Below, in pieces: positions 16,165 to 24,000 of a stretch of DNA of 24,000 bases. Source of the stretch: Promethearchaeota archaeon (GTDB lineage Archaea > Asgardarchaeota > Lokiarchaeia > Sigyniarchaeales > Promethearchaeaceae); assembly GCA_004524545.1 (NCBI GenBank), contig SDNX01000012.1, positions 11,281 through 35,280 on the forward strand, in the 5' to 3' direction. The position numbers and the translations under genes were made by a program. The notes under the pieces are model-generated. The model was not told the origin of the DNA. It searched no databases and was given only the letters and a program-made list of their open reading frames with translations. Position 1 is the first letter of the stretch; each line of letters starts with the position of its first letter.

Positions 16165-17079
16165 TTAACAGGAAACGCGTTTATTGATGGTTTCCCAGGT
16201 ATCATTGACATATTTTTTAATTTCTTGTAGCTGGGAGGGATTTAACTTGCGGAATCGACGCTGGGGAGTGAGATACTCTTCTAAAGGTTTTCGTTTTGTT
16301 GGATCCACCAATCGTTTGCTTTCCTTGGATAATTCCATTTTTCCGTGGATAATCTCATACATAGGCCAGAAACCGGTTTTCACTGCCAATCGTCCAATTT
16401 CGATAGTTAATTTATTATCAAATCCCCATCCAGGAGGACATGGAGCGAGAACATGAATATAACGCAATCCTTGACCTTTCATTTCTTTCGCTTTCACAAA
16501 TTTAGCATATAAATCTTGAGGATACGATGCACATGCGGTTGCAATATAACTGAGACCATGGGCTTCCATAATCATCCCCATATTCTTCTTGTGTTCCAAT
16601 TTACCGTTTATCGGGGTTGTTGTTGTGATTGCGCCAAAAGGTGTGGAACCACTGCGCTGTATTCCAGTATTCATGTAGGCTTCATTATCATAGCAGCAGT
16701 AAATCATATCGGTGTTTCTTTCGGCAGCTCCACTTAAACCTTGAATTCCGATATCAACCGTACCTCCGTCTCCCGCGATGGCTAATACAGTAACTTCTTT
16801 GTCTTTTCCTAAGTTTTTCAGTGAGGCTACAATTCCTGAAGCAGACGCTGCAACAGTCTCGAAAGTGGTATTTAGAACGGGAACTTTAACCGGAGTCGCT
16901 CCTTGCATTCCGTGAACGACCGTCATACAAGATGCAGGAACAGTAACGATTGTTTTAGGACCAAGAGCCTTTAAAATGAATCTATAAGCTAATTGAGGTG
17001 CACAACTTGGGCATAATCTTGTTCCTGGGAGTATCATTTCTTCTTCAGGTAAATCCATGATTTTAACAGGTTTGAACAT
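16165..17079 (-). CDS. porB: 2-oxoacid (pyruvate-type):ferredoxin oxidoreductase, beta subunit
   Basis: LCPSCAPQLAYRFILKALG, VTVPASCMTVV, AIAGDGGTVDIGIQGLSGAAERN...YDNEAYMNTGIQRSGSTP (TPP-binding region). Confidence 0.93.
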   Translation of the reverse strand: MFKPVKIMDLPEEEMILPGTRLCPSCAPQLAYRFILKALGPKTIVTVPASCMTVVHGMQGATPVKVPVLNTTFETVAASASGIVASLKNLGKDKEVTVLAIAGDGGTVDIGIQGLSGAAERNTDMIYCCYDNEAYMNTGIQRSGSTPFGAITTTTPINGKLEHKKNMGMIMEAHGLSYIATACASYPQDLYAKFVKAKEMKGQGLRYIHVLAPCPPGWGFDNKLTIEIGRLAVKTGFWPMYEIIHGKMELSKESKRLVDPTKRKPLEEYLTPQRRFRKLNPSQLQEIKKYVNDTWETINKRVSC

Positions 17080-17080
17080 C

Positions 17081-18337
17081 CTAATATCCTCCCTCCCGTT
17101 TGAGAAATTCGAGTTTGTCCAACTCTAATCCAATATAATCGGTCTCAATAAGATTCTCGTTTACACTTTCCATCGCTAATGCATCTTTAACCCCTTTCGC
17201 GATCTGTTGGTAGGTGATGTCGCGTCCGCCCAGTCCAACAATATATCCTTTGATGTCAGGTTGAGTGGAACTCTTATAAAGCGCGGCTTTCAACTCATAG
17301 GATAACACTCCTTCATATCCATAGCCAATTTCACGATCGAATACGACCACATTAGATACATTTTTGAATGCTTTGCGCAAATCTTCAATCGGGAAAGGGC
17401 GGAATACTTTCAAACTAACTAGACCTGCCTTAACTCCTTGCTCACGCAGATAATCTACCGCTAATCTTGATTCAGATGCGACCGACATCACTGCAAATAT
17501 TGCCACTTCTGCATCTTCCATTCGATAGGTTTTGTAGATCCCGTTCCCATATGATCTTCCAAAGATCTCACAAAATTCTTTATGAACTTTCTTAATTTCG
17601 GGCAAAGAACGTTCAAGAGATCGTTGTATGGCAAATTTGTATTCAAAATATCCCGGAGCATGACCAAATTCATGCCGATCTGGAGGATGAGGTAAAGTTA
17701 CTGGACCAACGCCCTTCACATTATCAAAATCGGTAAGATTGATATGGTGTTTCAGAGGGGGGAGAAATTGATCTACCACTTCAATATCTTCCACTTGCAC
17801 AGGCATTTGCGTGTGACTTAATATATATCCATCATATGCACTGAATGCGGGTAAATACACGCTAGGGTCTTCCGCAACTCGATATGCCATAAGCACGGTA
17901 TCGTAAATCTCTTGATTATTCTCACTGAAAAACGTGATCCACCCGCAATCACGTGTCATGAACGCATCCGTATGATCCGTCCAGACGGACCAGGGGGCGG
18001 CAACAGCACGGGTTGCGATGCACAATACTATGGGGAGTCGAGTTCCTGCAGCCCATGGGAGTAATTCGAACATATACATTAAACCGTTAGCACTTGAGGC
18101 TGTGAAAACTCGTGAACCCGTCGCACTCGCTGCGATGACTGCGGTGATTGCAGATTGTTCACTTTCTACTTTTACAAATTGTGTCCCAGGTAGTTCCCCT
18201 GATTCTACGAATTCTGATATTTTTTCTACAACGGGGGATTGAGGGGTGATAGGATATGCAGCTACAACACCTACGCGTGCACTCTTACACGCATATGCCG
18301 CAGCATGATTCCCTTTTAACAACATTACGCGGGGCAT
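17081..18337 (-). CDS. porA: 2-oxoacid (pyruvate-type):ferredoxin oxidoreductase, alpha subunit
   Basis: LLKGNHAAAYACKSARVGVVAAYPITPQSPVVEKI...FVKVESEQSAITAVIAASATGSRVFTASSANGLMYMFE. Confidence 0.94.
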   Translation of the reverse strand: MPRVMLLKGNHAAAYACKSARVGVVAAYPITPQSPVVEKISEFVESGELPGTQFVKVESEQSAITAVIAASATGSRVFTASSANGLMYMFELLPWAAGTRLPIVLCIATRAVAAPWSVWTDHTDAFMTRDCGWITFFSENNQEIYDTVLMAYRVAEDPSVYLPAFSAYDGYILSHTQMPVQVEDIEVVDQFLPPLKHHINLTDFDNVKGVGPVTLPHPPDRHEFGHAPGYFEYKFAIQRSLERSLPEIKKVHKEFCEIFGRSYGNGIYKTYRMEDAEVAIFAVMSVASESRLAVDYLREQGVKAGLVSLKVFRPFPIEDLRKAFKNVSNVVVFDREIGYGYEGVLSYELKAALYKSSTQPDIKGYIVGLGGRDITYQQIAKGVKDALAMESVNENLIETDYIGLELDKLEFLKREGGY

Positions 18338-18645
18338 GCTTTTGCTCCTCCTTCCTCCATTCGCTCAATGGCGTCATGCGGACATTCATTGGCACAAATC
18401 CCGCATCCTTTACAGTAATCATAGTCGATAGTGGGGGGTATCGTTCGAGATACGACTCCTTCAGGACAGTACAGCCAACATAAGTGGCAGTTGTGCGTCC
18501 CTGTCTTCACAACGATGCATTTATCCTCGTGAATTAACGGTCGCATGGTTCTCCATGTTCCAGTTTTTCCAGCTTCTCCAATTTGAGGGTACTGGATAGA
18601 TGCTAATATTTTTTTATGAGCATTAGGATAATCTTTATCTTCCAT
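18325..18645 (-). CDS. porD: 2-oxoacid:ferredoxin oxidoreductase, delta (ferredoxin-like) subunit
   Basis: DKCIVVKTGTHNCHLCWLYCPEGV...IDYDYCKGCGICANECPHDAI. Position in a GDAB operon. Confidence 0.92.
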   Translation of the reverse strand: MEDKDYPNAHKKILASIQYPQIGEAGKTGTWRTMRPLIHEDKCIVVKTGTHNCHLCWLYCPEGVVSRTIPPTIDYDYCKGCGICANECPHDAIERMEEGGAKACPA

Positions 18646-19248
18646 TTATACAGTCCCTCCGATTTTCTTTCCTTCTCGTATATCGATATTTTCTATTGCA
18701 ATTTCTGCAACTTTAATATTCAAAGCGCTTTTTGACTCCCCTAAACTTTCTACAATTGCTTCTTTTATATGTGTTAACTCTACTCCCTTAAGAACCTTAG
18801 TCAATAAGGCAATTGAAGGAGTATTCACCATGGGAACCCCCCCCACAACCAATTTGTGTTTGAAGCATTCATGGGTAATATTGGAAACAACTACGGTTTT
18901 ATCGTCGGGAATATTGTATAAATCCACAATTTCTTGAGCGCATTTATCAGTATTCAAAACAAAAGTTCCGTTAGGTTTAATGCTTTTAATTAGGTCTTCA
19001 GTTAGAATGGTTTCATCTATGACAACTAAGATGTCCGGATTGTAGATCTGCTGCCTTGTGTAGATTGGAGAATTTGTACTTACACGAGTAAACGCATGTA
19101 CAGGAGCCCCTCGACGTTCAGTACCGAATGTAGGAAAGCTAGTGACATCTTTGAAGTTGTTACTGAGAAACGCTGCCTTAGCAAGGATTTCTGCACCTGT
19201 AACTGCTCCCAATCCGCCTCGACCGCTGACCTTAATTTCTGTGATCAT
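18646..19248 (-). CDS. porG: 2-oxoacid:ferredoxin oxidoreductase, gamma subunit
   Basis: EIKVSGRGGLGAVTGAEILAKAAFLSNNFKDVTSFPTFGTERRGAPVHAFTRVS. Ends 1 nt from porD. Confidence 0.94.
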   Translation of the reverse strand: MITEIKVSGRGGLGAVTGAEILAKAAFLSNNFKDVTSFPTFGTERRGAPVHAFTRVSTNSPIYTRQQIYNPDILVVIDETILTEDLIKSIKPNGTFVLNTDKCAQEIVDLYNIPDDKTVVVSNITHECFKHKLVVGGVPMVNTPSIALLTKVLKGVELTHIKEAIVESLGESKSALNIKVAEIAIENIDIREGKKIGGTV

Positions 19249-19270
19249 TTTAGTTTTTCATCTCATCCAA

Positions 19271-19278
19271 TTAAAAAA
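19271..19278 (-). promoter_or_regulatory. Candidate TATA element of the por operon
   Basis: Minus strand TTTTTTAA, 23 nt upstream of the porG ATG (19248), matching the tmk spacing. An alternative TTTATAAAC lies around 19311..19319. Confidence 0.35.
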
Positions 19279-19326
19279 CAAATGACTAGGATACTAGGTA
19301 GGTTGTGAGGGTTTATAAAAATTAGT

Positions 19327-19342
19327 TGGGAACGTGTTCCCA
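19327..19342. promoter_or_regulatory. Perfect 7+7 bp palindrome, candidate regulator operator upstream of the por operon
   Basis: TGGGAAC-GT-GTTCCCA in the porG upstream intergenic region. Confidence 0.5.
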
Positions 19343-19391
19343 TCCGCATTATTAATTAAGTGTGAAATTTTGCATAGAAATAGAAATAGGA

Positions 19392-20975
19392 TCAGAATCC
19401 GTGAGATGTTTCCCCGTGTTCTGTCTTTACGGTTTTATGTTTCTTTCCTTTGAGGATCTTTAATGCAACTTTTCTTCCTCCCATAGCAGTTCCAAACACA
19501 CCCGCTCCTGATTCACTAAATTGTCCGATGAAAAACAGATTTTTAACGGGAGTTTCATAGGGTAGATTTTTTTGCCCCATAATAGGAGGAATACCCCCAA
19601 AACTATGTCGAGTTACGTTTAACCGTTTTTTAAAGTCATCAGGGGTTATGATCCACTTTGTTTCAATACTTTCATATAATCCCGGGAGTACTTTTTCCGC
19701 TTCCAGGAGAAGTTGATCTGCTAGATCTTCCCGTTGCACGGTCCAATCACCATCCCTAAGCTTGTGAGGGACAACGGTATAAATCGTAACTGCATGTTTA
19801 CCAGGAGGTGCCATCTCAGGACTATGCATGGATAAATTGTAAATTAGAAAACCATCTTTCCCTCCGTGATTTATCCCATTACGCATTTTATCAATCGCCC
19901 CTTCAATATCTGCAGTGCGATAATAATAGACTAAAGCCTTTTTTTGATATTTCTGAAAGTCTATGCTTGTTCCGACATGTACCATTAGAACTGATTCTTC
20001 GTAGAGAATATTGCCAATATGATGGATGAGATCTTCCGTTAGATGTTCTTTTCCTATTAAATTAAAAAACGTTTGTTGTGGCTCACCACTAGTTAATACA
20101 ATATCAGCATCAATTGATTCTCCATTTTCTAATTGGACACCATTACATTCTCCATTTCCCATCAGAATTTTGGTGATTTTGGAGTTTATGTGAATTTTTC
20201 CACCATGGGATTTAATGAAATCTGCAAAGAGCTTTACCAGTTCTCCACATCCATTTTTTATGTAATTGTAAGTGGGATACTTGAATCCTTTTCTCTTGTT
20301 TTCAATGGGAATTCTTTTGTCATAAACCCCCTCGGGATTAAAAATTGGGACTCCCAGTGCAGAAAATTCGCTAGGTTTCACAACCATATCTGCTAGAATG
20401 CCGAGAAATACCGTTTTGAGTTCTTCATCTTTGAAGAGGTAATCCATAAGCTGCTGTGCGGACCAATCTTTGTATTTTTTTACTTTAAGGAAGGTAAATA
20501 ACATCTGGAGTTTGGTTTTTAGGAGTGCGGTACCCTTTTGAAAGGGAATCTGATTACCATGATGCATCAACTTCATTATACTATCATGAAGGTCATAGTA
20601 TTCATCCAATCCTTTACTTTCTGATGGATATATTTTCTTTAAACGTTCTCTTCGCCAATAAGGACCTTCATATTCCTCAGGAGAATTTAAGTTATAACTT
20701 AAAAAGGATTGCCCGCGTTCCTCTCTGGTCAATGTTAGTGAATTCTCAATATCTATCCCCAATTCCTGGCAAATTTGACCTAATTTCTCATGAGGAGCTA
20801 ATCCTTCAACCAACATTGGTCCCAAATCCCAAGAATACCCATCTTGAGTTATAGTCGCCGTTACTCCCCCGATGTGGGAAAATTGTTCAAAAAGTAAAAC
20901 TTCATGTCCGTATAAAGAAAGATAGGCTCCGGCGGTTAATCCAGACATACCGGAGCCAATTATTACGATTTTCAC
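19392..20975 (-). CDS. Phytoene desaturase/CrtI-like FAD-dependent oxidoreductase
   Basis: N-terminal MKIVIIGSGMSGLTAGAYLSLYGHEVLLFEQFSHIGG...DLGPMLVEG dinucleotide-binding motif. C-terminal NLFFIGQFSESGAGVFGTAMGGRKVALKIL. Confidence 0.85.
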   Translation of the reverse strand: MKIVIIGSGMSGLTAGAYLSLYGHEVLLFEQFSHIGGVTATITQDGYSWDLGPMLVEGLAPHEKLGQICQELGIDIENSLTLTREERGQSFLSYNLNSPEEYEGPYWRRERLKKIYPSESKGLDEYYDLHDSIMKLMHHGNQIPFQKGTALLKTKLQMLFTFLKVKKYKDWSAQQLMDYLFKDEELKTVFLGILADMVVKPSEFSALGVPIFNPEGVYDKRIPIENKRKGFKYPTYNYIKNGCGELVKLFADFIKSHGGKIHINSKITKILMGNGECNGVQLENGESIDADIVLTSGEPQQTFFNLIGKEHLTEDLIHHIGNILYEESVLMVHVGTSIDFQKYQKKALVYYYRTADIEGAIDKMRNGINHGGKDGFLIYNLSMHSPEMAPPGKHAVTIYTVVPHKLRDGDWTVQREDLADQLLLEAEKVLPGLYESIETKWIITPDDFKKRLNVTRHSFGGIPPIMGQKNLPYETPVKNLFFIGQFSESGAGVFGTAMGGRKVALKILKGKKHKTVKTEHGETSHGF

Positions 20976-20984
20976 GTGACTTCA

Positions 20985-22295
20985 CTATTGCACTAATGGT
21001 TCTTCGAGCTTGGGTTTTTCCTTGGCAAACAATAAAGGAACTATCGCAAATATCACCACTGCCGCACCAACCAAATAAATCAAATAAGTTGGTGCATACC
21101 CCGGAATTCCATCTACTACAACTGGTGTTCCATATCTTCGGGAGAGAAGTCCTCCTATCGGGGAACCAATAACCATTGCAATTAAAACGTTCACAATCAG
21201 GAAATATCCGTTGAATTGTCCCGCTTTACTCTTTGGGTACAAATCACCAGCCCATGCTTGTGAAGAAATGTGCCAGGTCATCATAAAGAATACCCAAAGA
21301 ACTCCAGTGGTGATAAGAGCCCATAATTCCCCTGAATACGCAAACGCGACAAGAGAAATTGCCTCAAGTACGATAGAGGTGATAGCAACTTTTTTCCTCC
21401 CGATTTTGTCTACAAACATACCTACAGGAATGCTTAATCCCACAGAAACTAAAAGGCCAATGAACATCACTAAGGATGGCCATAAACCTGTTAGGCCGAC
21501 AGTATGCTCGAGATAAATGACTATGAACGGAAAAAATATACTAAAACTAGTTGCTTGAATTGCAATACCCGCGAGAACCAAGAAGCAATCTTTATTTTCT
21601 TTGATATGTCGTCGATCAAAGGTAGTTTTAATGTGTTCCCAAAATCCAACTTTTAAGGGCTGCAAGGTAGGGGAATCTTGCATTGAAAGACCCCCAATCA
21701 ACCCGATAATCCCTGTAGCGGCAGCCATTATGATAAAATAGTAAAAATAGGAAAGACCCGCCGCTAAAAGGAATCCTGTTGCTCCATAGATTACTAAAGT
21801 ACCAAATAAAGTCATAATTTCATTAATTGAAACGGCTTTTGCCCTGTTTTCAACAGTTGTGATATCTATAATAAACGCATTATAAGCAGCATCGTACGCA
21901 GTTGCTCCAAAGTAGCTCATCACGCAATCTACCAGAATTGCAACACCAACCGCTAGGTACACATTAAAGGGTTTGACAAATTCTGATAGAGGAAATGCCG
22001 CACTGGCAAATGCCCAACATATGAATGCCCAAATGATGAAAGATCTTCGCTTACCACGGATATCCATTATTGACCCCATAACTATGGTGGTGACCGTACT
22101 CACCACTGCGGTGATTGCAACCATCAAACTTACGTATAACGGGTCAGGAAGGATTTTATTGTAAAGATACACATTATAATATTGATTTTCAATAGCCCAT
22201 GCGATGTTTCCACCAAACGAGATGAGAAACAACGCCACATAGTTTCTCTTGGAGATTTTCTTAGGCTTACTAATTTCAGGATTTATATCACTCAT
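20985..22295 (-). CDS. Major facilitator superfamily transporter
   Basis: Multiple TM spans. MGSIMDIRGKRRSFIIWA and GMFVDKIGRKKVAITS repeated MFS signatures. Confidence 0.88.
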   Translation of the reverse strand: MSDINPEISKPKKISKRNYVALFLISFGGNIAWAIENQYYNVYLYNKILPDPLYVSLMVAITAVVSTVTTIVMGSIMDIRGKRRSFIIWAFICWAFASAAFPLSEFVKPFNVYLAVGVAILVDCVMSYFGATAYDAAYNAFIIDITTVENRAKAVSINEIMTLFGTLVIYGATGFLLAAGLSYFYYFIIMAAATGIIGLIGGLSMQDSPTLQPLKVGFWEHIKTTFDRRHIKENKDCFLVLAGIAIQATSFSIFFPFIVIYLEHTVGLTGLWPSLVMFIGLLVSVGLSIPVGMFVDKIGRKKVAITSIVLEAISLVAFAYSGELWALITTGVLWVFFMMTWHISSQAWAGDLYPKSKAGQFNGYFLIVNVLIAMVIGSPIGGLLSRRYGTPVVVDGIPGYAPTYLIYLVGAAVVIFAIVPLLFAKEKPKLEEPLVQ

Positions 22296-22389
22296 TTTCC
22301 ATCCTCCAGTTTTTTAGTTAAACTACAATCGCTGCAAATCTATAAAAAGGATTAGGAAGATGTGACTTGGGAAAAACGTCACTAAGGAT

Positions 22390-22770
22390 TTATTCTCCCT
22401 TTCTTACAATTCCCGAAAAGGAACGGAATTGATCAAAAATTCTTGCATCCCCTTCGATATGTGCAAATACATTAATTGGTGATGCTGCTTTCGGTTTTTC
22501 GTTCGTACTAACGGGAGTTCGACCCCAGAATATACAAAAACCAGATCCCGATAACCAATACCCGATATCTCCTATCTCACATTCTTCTTGCGAATTCTCG
22601 GCGCTTATGGATATAGGAATATCTACGTAGAGCTCTTCACCCCATCGGGATAAATGAAGTTCCAATGGCAATGCATCCCAAATTGCTTTACATGTTTTCG
22701 GGTTCTTATCCAGTAAGAGCTTTGCTTTAACCTGTCCGATTTTCTCATTTTCTATGATGATATATTCCAT
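22390..22770 (-). CDS. Cyclophilin-like fold protein (PF04126/DUF369-like)
   Basis: AKLLLDKNPKTCKAIWDALPLELHLSRWGEELYVDIPI...EECEIGDIGYWLSGSGFCIFWGRTPVS...SPINVFAHIEGD. Confidence 0.75.
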   Translation of the reverse strand: MEYIIIENEKIGQVKAKLLLDKNPKTCKAIWDALPLELHLSRWGEELYVDIPISISAENSQEECEIGDIGYWLSGSGFCIFWGRTPVSTNEKPKAASPINVFAHIEGDARIFDQFRSFSGIVRKGE

Positions 22771-22771
22771 T

Positions 22772-24000
22772 TTATTTCTTCTCTTCTTGGACTTTTTTCA
22801 ATTTTTTCTTTAACTCAGATAATTTCTCTAGTGCGGAAAGCGGGGTAGTATTTTCAATGTCCAGTTTGTCTAAGTCTTCTATCACTTCAGCGTAATCTCC
22901 CTCAGTTAGAATGGTTTGTTCAATTGGAAATAACACGGTCTGCACGGGTTTTCTCTTAGACTTCCTATTCTCTTCAGGTTTTTCGGTACCTTTCTCCCTT
23001 TGTTGTTTTATAGAATCTTGTGAATGTGTTTCAGGTTCAGGTTTCTTCTCTTTTGCAGCATAATCCGTTTCTACCAAATCAAAAGATCGCTTAATAACCG
23101 GCTTAGGAATACCCGCCATGGACGCTACATGGATACCGTAGGATTTATCGGTCCCCCCCGGAGTGAGTTGCCGTAAAAATACCAGATTTTTTCCTTCTTC
23201 TCGTATAAGGAAGTGGTAATTCCTCATTCGTTCCAATTCAAGTTCAGTTAATTCATGGAAATGTGTGGAGAATAAGGATTTAACACGCATCCCATGTAGG
23301 CGTTCTAAAACTGCACGTGCAATTGCCCTTCCATCACTGGTAGAGGTTCCCCTTCCTAATTCATCAATAATGATTAAACTCTTTTGTGTCGCATAATGAA
23401 GAATTTGGGCGGTTTCATTCATTTCCATGAGAAATGTGCTCTGTCCATGGACTAAATCATCTGATGCACCCACTCGTGTAAATACTCGATCAACGATCCC
23501 GATCTCAGCGGAAACTGCCGGGACGTAACTTCCTATTTGTGCCAAAATCGTGATCAATGCTACTTGACGTAAATAAGTAGATTTTCCTGACCAGTTCGGC
23601 CCGGTTATGAGAAGAATTTGCTCCTTATTACAATCAATATAGCAATTGTTGGGAATAAACGATTCATTAAAATTGATATGTTCGATAACAGGATGTCTCC
23701 CTTGCTCGATAATTATTTTATCATCTTCTAGTATTGTGGGACGATTGTAATTATTTTCCGCTGCCACTTCTCCCAATCCGCAGAGAATATCCAACATTGC
23801 TATTTTAGAGGCATCTTTTTGAATTTCTTCAGTCTTCGAAGCGACATTTTCCCGTACCTTGGAAAAAATCTCGTATTCTACATCTTTTATGGTTTCCTCG
23901 GCGTTTAGTATCTTGATTTCAATTTCTTTAAGTTTTTCTGTCTGATATCTAGTTGCACCTTTCAAAGTCGCACGTTTCAGGAAATTTGGAGGAATTTTTA
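22772..24000 (-). CDS. mutS: DNA mismatch repair protein MutS, C-terminal part; 5' end lies beyond the window
   Basis: LLITGPNWSGKSTYLRQVALI, RVGASDDLVHGQSTFLMEMNETA, SLIIIDELGRGTSTSDGRAIA, LFSTHFHELTELE. The frame stays open to 24000 (KIPPNFLKRATLKGATRYQT, a MutS-like sequence), so the track's TTG start at 23965 is not real. Confidence 0.93.
   Translation of the reverse strand, partial: KIPPNFLKRATLKGATRYQTEKLKEIEIKILNAEETIKDVEYEIFSKVRENVASKTEEIQKDASKIAMLDILCGLGEVAAENNYNRPTILEDDKIIIEQGRHPVIEHINFNESFIPNNCYIDCNKEQILLITGPNWSGKSTYLRQVALITILAQIGSYVPAVSAEIGIVDRVFTRVGASDDLVHGQSTFLMEMNETAQILHYATQKSLIIIDELGRGTSTSDGRAIARAVLERLHGMRVKSLFSTHFHELTELELERMRNYHFLIREEGKNLVFLRQLTPGGTDKSYGIHVASMAGIPKPVIKRSFDLVETDYAAKEKKPEPETHSQDSIKQQREKGTEKPEENRKSKRKPVQTVLFPIEQTILTEGDYAEVIEDLDKLDIENTTPLSALEKLSELKKKLKKVQEEKK

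Noticed and set aside
16184-20854. Numerous 60-110 aa plus-strand ORFs opposite porGDAB and the CrtI-like gene
   Set aside because: Antisense to strongly conserved enzymes; no independent coding evidence.
22355-22380. GTGAC...GTCAC inverted repeat between the PF04126-like gene and the MFS gene
   Set aside because: Only 5-bp arms with an 11-nt loop, which is readily expected by chance; no supporting context.
1-24000. Search for CRISPR arrays, tRNA/rRNA genes, transposases, toxin-antitoxin or defence modules
   Set aside because: No regularly spaced direct repeats, cloverleaf-like sequence with CCA/T-loop signature, or recombinase motifs were seen by eye. tRNAscan-SE, CRISPRCasFinder and DefenseFinder runs would be decisive.

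Overview
This window is archaeal in character. RIO2 kinase, an Lsm/Sm-like protein, porGDAB and AT-rich TATA-like promoters point that way. A gelsolin-like domain hints at an Asgard lineage, but that is inference only. Both edges cut through genes: a polytopic membrane protein with a DUF4350-like tail (1..1130, minus, missing from the ORF track) and mutS (22772..24000, minus). The most distinctive part is the minus-strand cluster 1..7098. It looks like a split, rearranged TgpA/DUF4129-type locus. Its members are a very large membrane-anchored protein with a transglutaminase-like core lacking the recognisable catalytic residues, an Ig-like/TM/DUF4129-like protein, a stand-alone DUF4129-like paralog, and a DUF4350-like membrane protein. 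The second notable item is 12854..13744, where an N-terminal gelsolin-like domain appears fused to a multi-TM region. Other observations include a thymidylate kinase with a Walker A Lys-to-Ser change, a 12-cysteine micro-protein with a ZZ-like motif, a PorD with an insertion in its first ferredoxin motif, and a 7+7 bp palindrome upstream of the por operon. Several start sites probably need correction. I saw no tRNA, rRNA, CRISPR or mobile element. All family calls come from motif recognition, with no database search.
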